DNA of 64,000 nt from assembly GCA_044350705.1 (NCBI GenBank), contig JBILHA010000002.1, forward strand, positions 114,295-178,294, in the 5' to 3' direction. This document shows, piece after piece, positions 60,425 through 64,000 of this stretch. Under the pieces are notes generated by a model. The model worked only from the letters and a program-made list of their open reading frames with translations, did not search any database and was not told the origin of the DNA. Numbering within the stretch: the first letter of the stretch is position 1; each line of letters opens with the position of its first letter. Made by a program: the position numbers and the translations under genes. The DNA comes from Candidatus Kapaibacterium sp. (lineage in GTDB: Bacteria; Patescibacteriota; Patescibacteriia; UBA9934).

Positions 60425-61720
60425 ATGTTTTCTTGCTCAACGTGCGGAGCTCAATATCCTAAGTGGACTGGCAGGTGCTCTTCCTGTGGGGCGTGGGGGA
60501 CCATTGCAGAAGAAGCAGTGGGCGCCTTTCCCACCACACCTACAAAAGGTAAAAAGGCGTCCTCTCCAAAGCCTGCCCCCCTCCTTTCTCTTTCCGAAAC
60601 CAATAGCGCCAACACGAAGCGCATTCCTTCTGGCATTACCGAGGTAGATCGCGTTCTTGGCGGAGGCATTGTTTCGGGTGCCGTTACGCTTCTTGCAGGT
60701 GAACCTGGCATCGGAAAATCAACGCTCGTTGCGCAACTTGCCGGCGGTATGGCTCCTACGGGAAAAACCGTCTATTACGCATCGGGCGAAGAATCTGAAG
60801 GTCAAGTACATCTCCGCTGTACTCGTCTTGGCATTTCTCTTGAGGGGATCTCTTTCTCGAACACGGTAGATATCGGGAGCATCCTTGCTACTGCAGAAAA
60901 ACTGAAACCCTCTTTACTCATCGTGGATTCCATTCAGACCATGTATGTTGCGGAAGCAGAGGCTTTCCCTGGCACCCCTACTGCAGTACGTGCTGCAACG
61001 GCTCTTTTGGTGAGCTTTGCAAAGACCTCCGGAACTCCTGTTCTCATTATCGGACAGGTTACTAAAGAAGGAAGTGTTGCAGGACCAAAAACCCTTGAAC
61101 ACTTGGTTGACACCGTTCTTACCCTTGAAGGCGATCCTGACAATCCTTATCGCACCCTTCGCGTTGCAAAGCATCGTTTTGGCAGTACGGAAGAGGTTGG
61201 ACTTTTTGAGATGACTGAGAAAGGATTGGTTGCCGTAGAAAATCCAAGCGCTCGTTTTCTCGCAGAACGACTTCCCTCTCCCGGATCTGTCGTCTGTGCA
61301 GTGATGGACGGAAATCGGCCATTCCTTTTAGAGGTGCAGGCGCTTGTAGAGAAAAGCTACTTCCCTAACCCTGTCCGCCGCACCTCTGGTTACGACCTCG
61401 GACGTCTCCAAATGCTTTTAGCCATCATCAGCAAGCGTGCAGGCGTTCGTTTACATGATCAGGATGTGTACGTAAACATTGTGGGCGGCGTGCGCGTTGG
61501 CGAAAACGCCGCAGATCTTGCGGTCGCCGCCGCGGTTATTTCTGCAGCTAAAAATAGCACCGTTCCCGATACTGCAGTGTACTTTGGAGAAGTAGGACTC
61601 GGAGGTGAAATCCGCTCTGTTCCTTTTACCGAACGTCGGAGCAAAGAAGCGGAGCGCCATGGATTTACCTCCGTGATTTCTCCAAAATCCATGAAGCATA
61701 TTCGCGAGCTTTTTTCATAA
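60425..61720 (+). CDS. radA: DNA repair protein RadA/Sms
   Basis: CSTC..CSSC, GEPGIGKST, KHRFG (KNRFG variant), Lon-like C-domain. Confidence 0.96.
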   Translation: MFSCSTCGAQYPKWTGRCSSCGAWGTIAEEAVGAFPTTPTKGKKASSPKPAPLLSLSETNSANTKRIPSGITEVDRVLGGGIVSGAVTLLAGEPGIGKSTLVAQLAGGMAPTGKTVYYASGEESEGQVHLRCTRLGISLEGISFSNTVDIGSILATAEKLKPSLLIVDSIQTMYVAEAEAFPGTPTAVRAATALLVSFAKTSGTPVLIIGQVTKEGSVAGPKTLEHLVDTVLTLEGDPDNPYRTLRVAKHRFGSTEEVGLFEMTEKGLVAVENPSARFLAERLPSPGSVVCAVMDGNRPFLLEVQALVEKSYFPNPVRRTSGYDLGRLQMLLAIISKRAGVRLHDQDVYVNIVGGVRVGENAADLAVAAAVISAAKNSTVPDTAVYFGEVGLGGEIRSVPFTERRSKEAERHGFTSVISPKSMKHIRELFS

Positions 61721-61724
61721 CCCC

Positions 61725-63020
61725 TTACTTTACCCAGCCACAATACGGAATATCCACCTTCTTGAGCTGCGTTTCCCCCGGCAGCCAGTTCTCTTTTTTT
61801 CTTCTCCAGGGAATATTCTTTTCAGAAATATACGCCTGTTTCTTTGAAGCTCGTAATGATGCCCCAAGGTGTAGGGTGTGCTTTCCAAATTTTTGATTTA
61901 CTTCATCAATGGCCTTAAATGCCTCTTTTTGCTTTTCAAGCGCTATATTCTCTTCTTCAAAAAGAGATGACTGCGCAGCAGGAGTACGGAGACCGTAGAG
62001 GTTAAAGAAAGTGGCGCGATAAAAATGCTCCTTTTTATACACCTTCCGAAATAAATGCTTTACTGCCGCAATAAACGCCTGAGGCTCTGCAGCGGCATGA
62101 GGAATTTCTATTTCTCTCGCACGATACGAAAAATCATCGCGCTTTACCCCAAAAACCGCATGACGTGATACGAGACCATAGCGCCTCAGCTGCAAACATG
62201 CATTCTCGATATTTTGACATAGGTGAGCAAGAAGCTCGCGCTCATTGTTGGTATTTGGCCAAAATGTTTTATGTCGACAAATGGAATGATGATCTGAGCG
62301 TGCTTCGCTGTGAATAGGAATCACCGCTCTTCCTTGCAGTTCTTGCCACAATTCTTGTCCGGGTTTTGCAAGATGGTCTTTTACCCATCCTTCTGGTGCC
62401 TGCACAAAATCGAGCGCGGTTTTCATTCCCGCTGCCGTGAGCTTTTGCTCGTGCGCCTTCCCAATTCCCCACACATCCCGCAAAGGAACCTGTGATAAAA
62501 AACATGTGATGTCTTTTTCTTCGAGCACCGTGCATCCATGAGGTTTTTTCCATTTTGACGCAATCTTTGCGAGTGTTTTTGTAGGCGCAAGGCCGATAGA
62601 CCCTGTTGCGCCCAGCATGACCTGAATGTCTCTTTGCAGGGCTTGCGCAATTTCTTCGTACGTCATTCCGAGCGCCGTATCCATTCCCGTAATATCTGCA
62701 AAACATTCATCTACTGAGTATTCTTCCACTTCTGCGGTGTAATTTCGAACAATATCAAAAATGCGCAACGAGAAAAGACCGATCGTTTCGTAGTCTGAGG
62801 GAAGAATGATTACTTGGGGAACATGCTTTTTGATTTCAAATATCGGCGTACATCTTTTTATGCCAAGCGCTTTCGCCTCATAGCTTACCGAGGTTGCGAC
62901 AGCGCGTTCAGATCCGGTAATCACCGGCTTTCCTTTGTACTTTACTTCTTGCTGCTGAGCTACAGATGCAAAGAATGCATCCATATCAATATGCAAAATG
63001 GCACGCTGGACATTACTCAT
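61725..63020 (-). CDS. Y-family DNA polymerase (UmuC/DinB-like)
   Basis: HIDMDAFFAS, YSVDE, TKTLAKIAS, VWGIG. Confidence 0.93.
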   Translation of the reverse strand: MSNVQRAILHIDMDAFFASVAQQQEVKYKGKPVITGSERAVATSVSYEAKALGIKRCTPIFEIKKHVPQVIILPSDYETIGLFSLRIFDIVRNYTAEVEEYSVDECFADITGMDTALGMTYEEIAQALQRDIQVMLGATGSIGLAPTKTLAKIASKWKKPHGCTVLEEKDITCFLSQVPLRDVWGIGKAHEQKLTAAGMKTALDFVQAPEGWVKDHLAKPGQELWQELQGRAVIPIHSEARSDHHSICRHKTFWPNTNNERELLAHLCQNIENACLQLRRYGLVSRHAVFGVKRDDFSYRAREIEIPHAAAEPQAFIAAVKHLFRKVYKKEHFYRATFFNLYGLRTPAAQSSLFEEENIALEKQKEAFKAIDEVNQKFGKHTLHLGASLRASKKQAYISEKNIPWRRKKENWLPGETQLKKVDIPYCGWVK

Positions 63021-63378
63021 AGCATTTAATGCAACGCTTCACGACAGCGATAATTCTTAACTCTTTCTGAGGATACAGAGGGCTGATACCTTCGGTTGCT
63101 GCTTCGAGATACCACTTCCCTTCCCTATCTTTTCTTACCGTTCTCACCAGTTGTTCTCCATCCATTTCTGCGATCACGATGTCGCCCGTGGTCCATTTAT
63201 TCGTACACTCCACGAGCAACATATCGCCATGATGAATCCCTATCCATTCCATGGCATTTCCCTGCATGCGATACAGACGAGCCGCAGTCATATTTACCGT
63301 TAACAGTTGCGAAAGGGTGAGCATTTCCCCCGCTTCTTCATCTGCTTGATTTGCAAAACCGGTGACTTTTTTAGCCAT
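63013..63378 (-). CDS. UmuD-like S24-fold protein lacking the catalytic dyad
   Basis: TGF..A, GNAM (vs GDSM), GD.LLVE, GDIVIA..DGE.LVR (vs TVK); overlaps the polymerase start. Confidence 0.8.
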   Translation of the reverse strand: MAKKVTGFANQADEEAGEMLTLSQLLTVNMTAARLYRMQGNAMEWIGIHHGDMLLVECTNKWTTGDIVIAEMDGEQLVRTVRKDREGKWYLEAATEGISPLYPQKELRIIAVVKRCIKCYE

Positions 63379-63397
63379 AGTTTTTTTCTCTTTTCTC

Positions 63398-63428
63398 ATT
63401 GTATCCTTTACCGAACAAATTACGAACA
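63398..63428 (-). promoter_or_regulatory. Promoter (-10 TACAAT) overlapped by a direct repeat TGTTCG-N5-TGTTCG; candidate SOS operator
   Basis: CGAACA at 63412-63417 and 63423-63428 on the plus strand. Confidence 0.5.
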
Positions 63429-63543
63429 TCTCTGTGGAAAAGGCGAAAAGCACCAATAAAAAGAAGCGCTTTTGAGCGCTCTTTTTATTCTTTCAGAACA
63501 TGGGAAAGCAGGCGTCTCCAGGTGACCGCTTCTCCTATTATCC

Positions 63544-64000
63544 TTACTTTTTCGCTGTAGGACGTGGCAAGGCGTCTTTTTTATCTTTTCTTTTTATCAT
63601 GAAGTAGTACAAAATTGCTCCGAGAATGTTGAGGAATACGAGGAGCAGTATCCACATGGTTTTGTCCGTAAAATCACGCCGAATGCAGTCAATGAGCATC
63701 CATACCCAGAACACTCCCCCAAGTCCAAACACGATCAGAAAAACAATCCCGAGTGTTCCAAAAAGCTTTCCGAGGAATGTGGTGATATATTCTCCACTTG
63801 CCTTTTTGTGGAAGTCCGTTTCCGTGATGTACCAATCGCCCCCCTCCCCTTTCTCGAGTACAAAGTACGTGGAGAATCCGCTCGTATTCCAATTCGCAGC
63901 TTGCGCTGCAAAATCACACGTTACCTTTACCTCATTCTGCGAAATATCATTCATCGTTTCCGCCAGCGGTGTGCAGTCAAGCGCATACGCGATATCTTGC
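63544..64000 (-). CDS. Membrane protein with a C-terminal PLDc_N-type hairpin; 5' end outside the window
   Basis: FWVWMLIDCIRR...WILLLVFLNILGAILYYF; frame stays open to the window edge. Confidence 0.75.
   Translation of the reverse strand, partial: QDIAYALDCTPLAETMNDISQNEVKVTCDFAAQAANWNTSGFSTYFVLEKGEGGDWYITETDFHKKASGEYITTFLGKLFGTLGIVFLIVFGLGGVFWVWMLIDCIRRDFTDKTMWILLLVFLNILGAILYYFMIKRKDKKDALPRPTAKK

Overview
A 64-kb chromosomal segment from a small-genome bacterium that uses the standard bacterial code. Gene content and style point to Patescibacteria/CPR, probably a Parcubacteria/ABY1-type lineage (inference). The clues are VirB2/TrbC-like pilin fusions, a GAGC lipoprotein, a baseplate-J-like membrane protein, starts that mostly lack Shine-Dalgarno sites, and rplK/rplA without rplJL. 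Most of the window is housekeeping: hflX, rpsU, hisS, lepB, pgk, gap, tsf, rpsB, queA, rpmE, prfA, prmC, rplY, rodA, gyrB, secE-nusG-rplK-rplA, gatB, miaA, thrS, dnaE, pheST, rseP, murD, murI, lemA-htpX-clp, radA and a umuDC-like pair. I found no rRNA, tRNA, CRISPR array, transposase or prophage. Five signals stand out. (1) A very small thrS T-box riboswitch with an ultrashort stem I, an apical ACC and no recognisable stem II. (2) A four-helix-bundle gene sitting between that T-box and thrS inside periodic inverted repeats, with an apparently empty element of the same architecture between lemA and htpX. (3) A thymidylate cluster containing an unexplained nucleotidyltransferase, an NTase-like/dCMP-deaminase fusion and a HIT hydrolase. 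(4) A UmuD homologue that lacks both catalytic residues and almost all of the N-terminal arm, so it resembles pre-cleaved UmuD'. (5) A Cys-rich pilin/M15-peptidase fusion next to DsbA. All calls come from reading motifs by eye; no database searches or folding programs were run.
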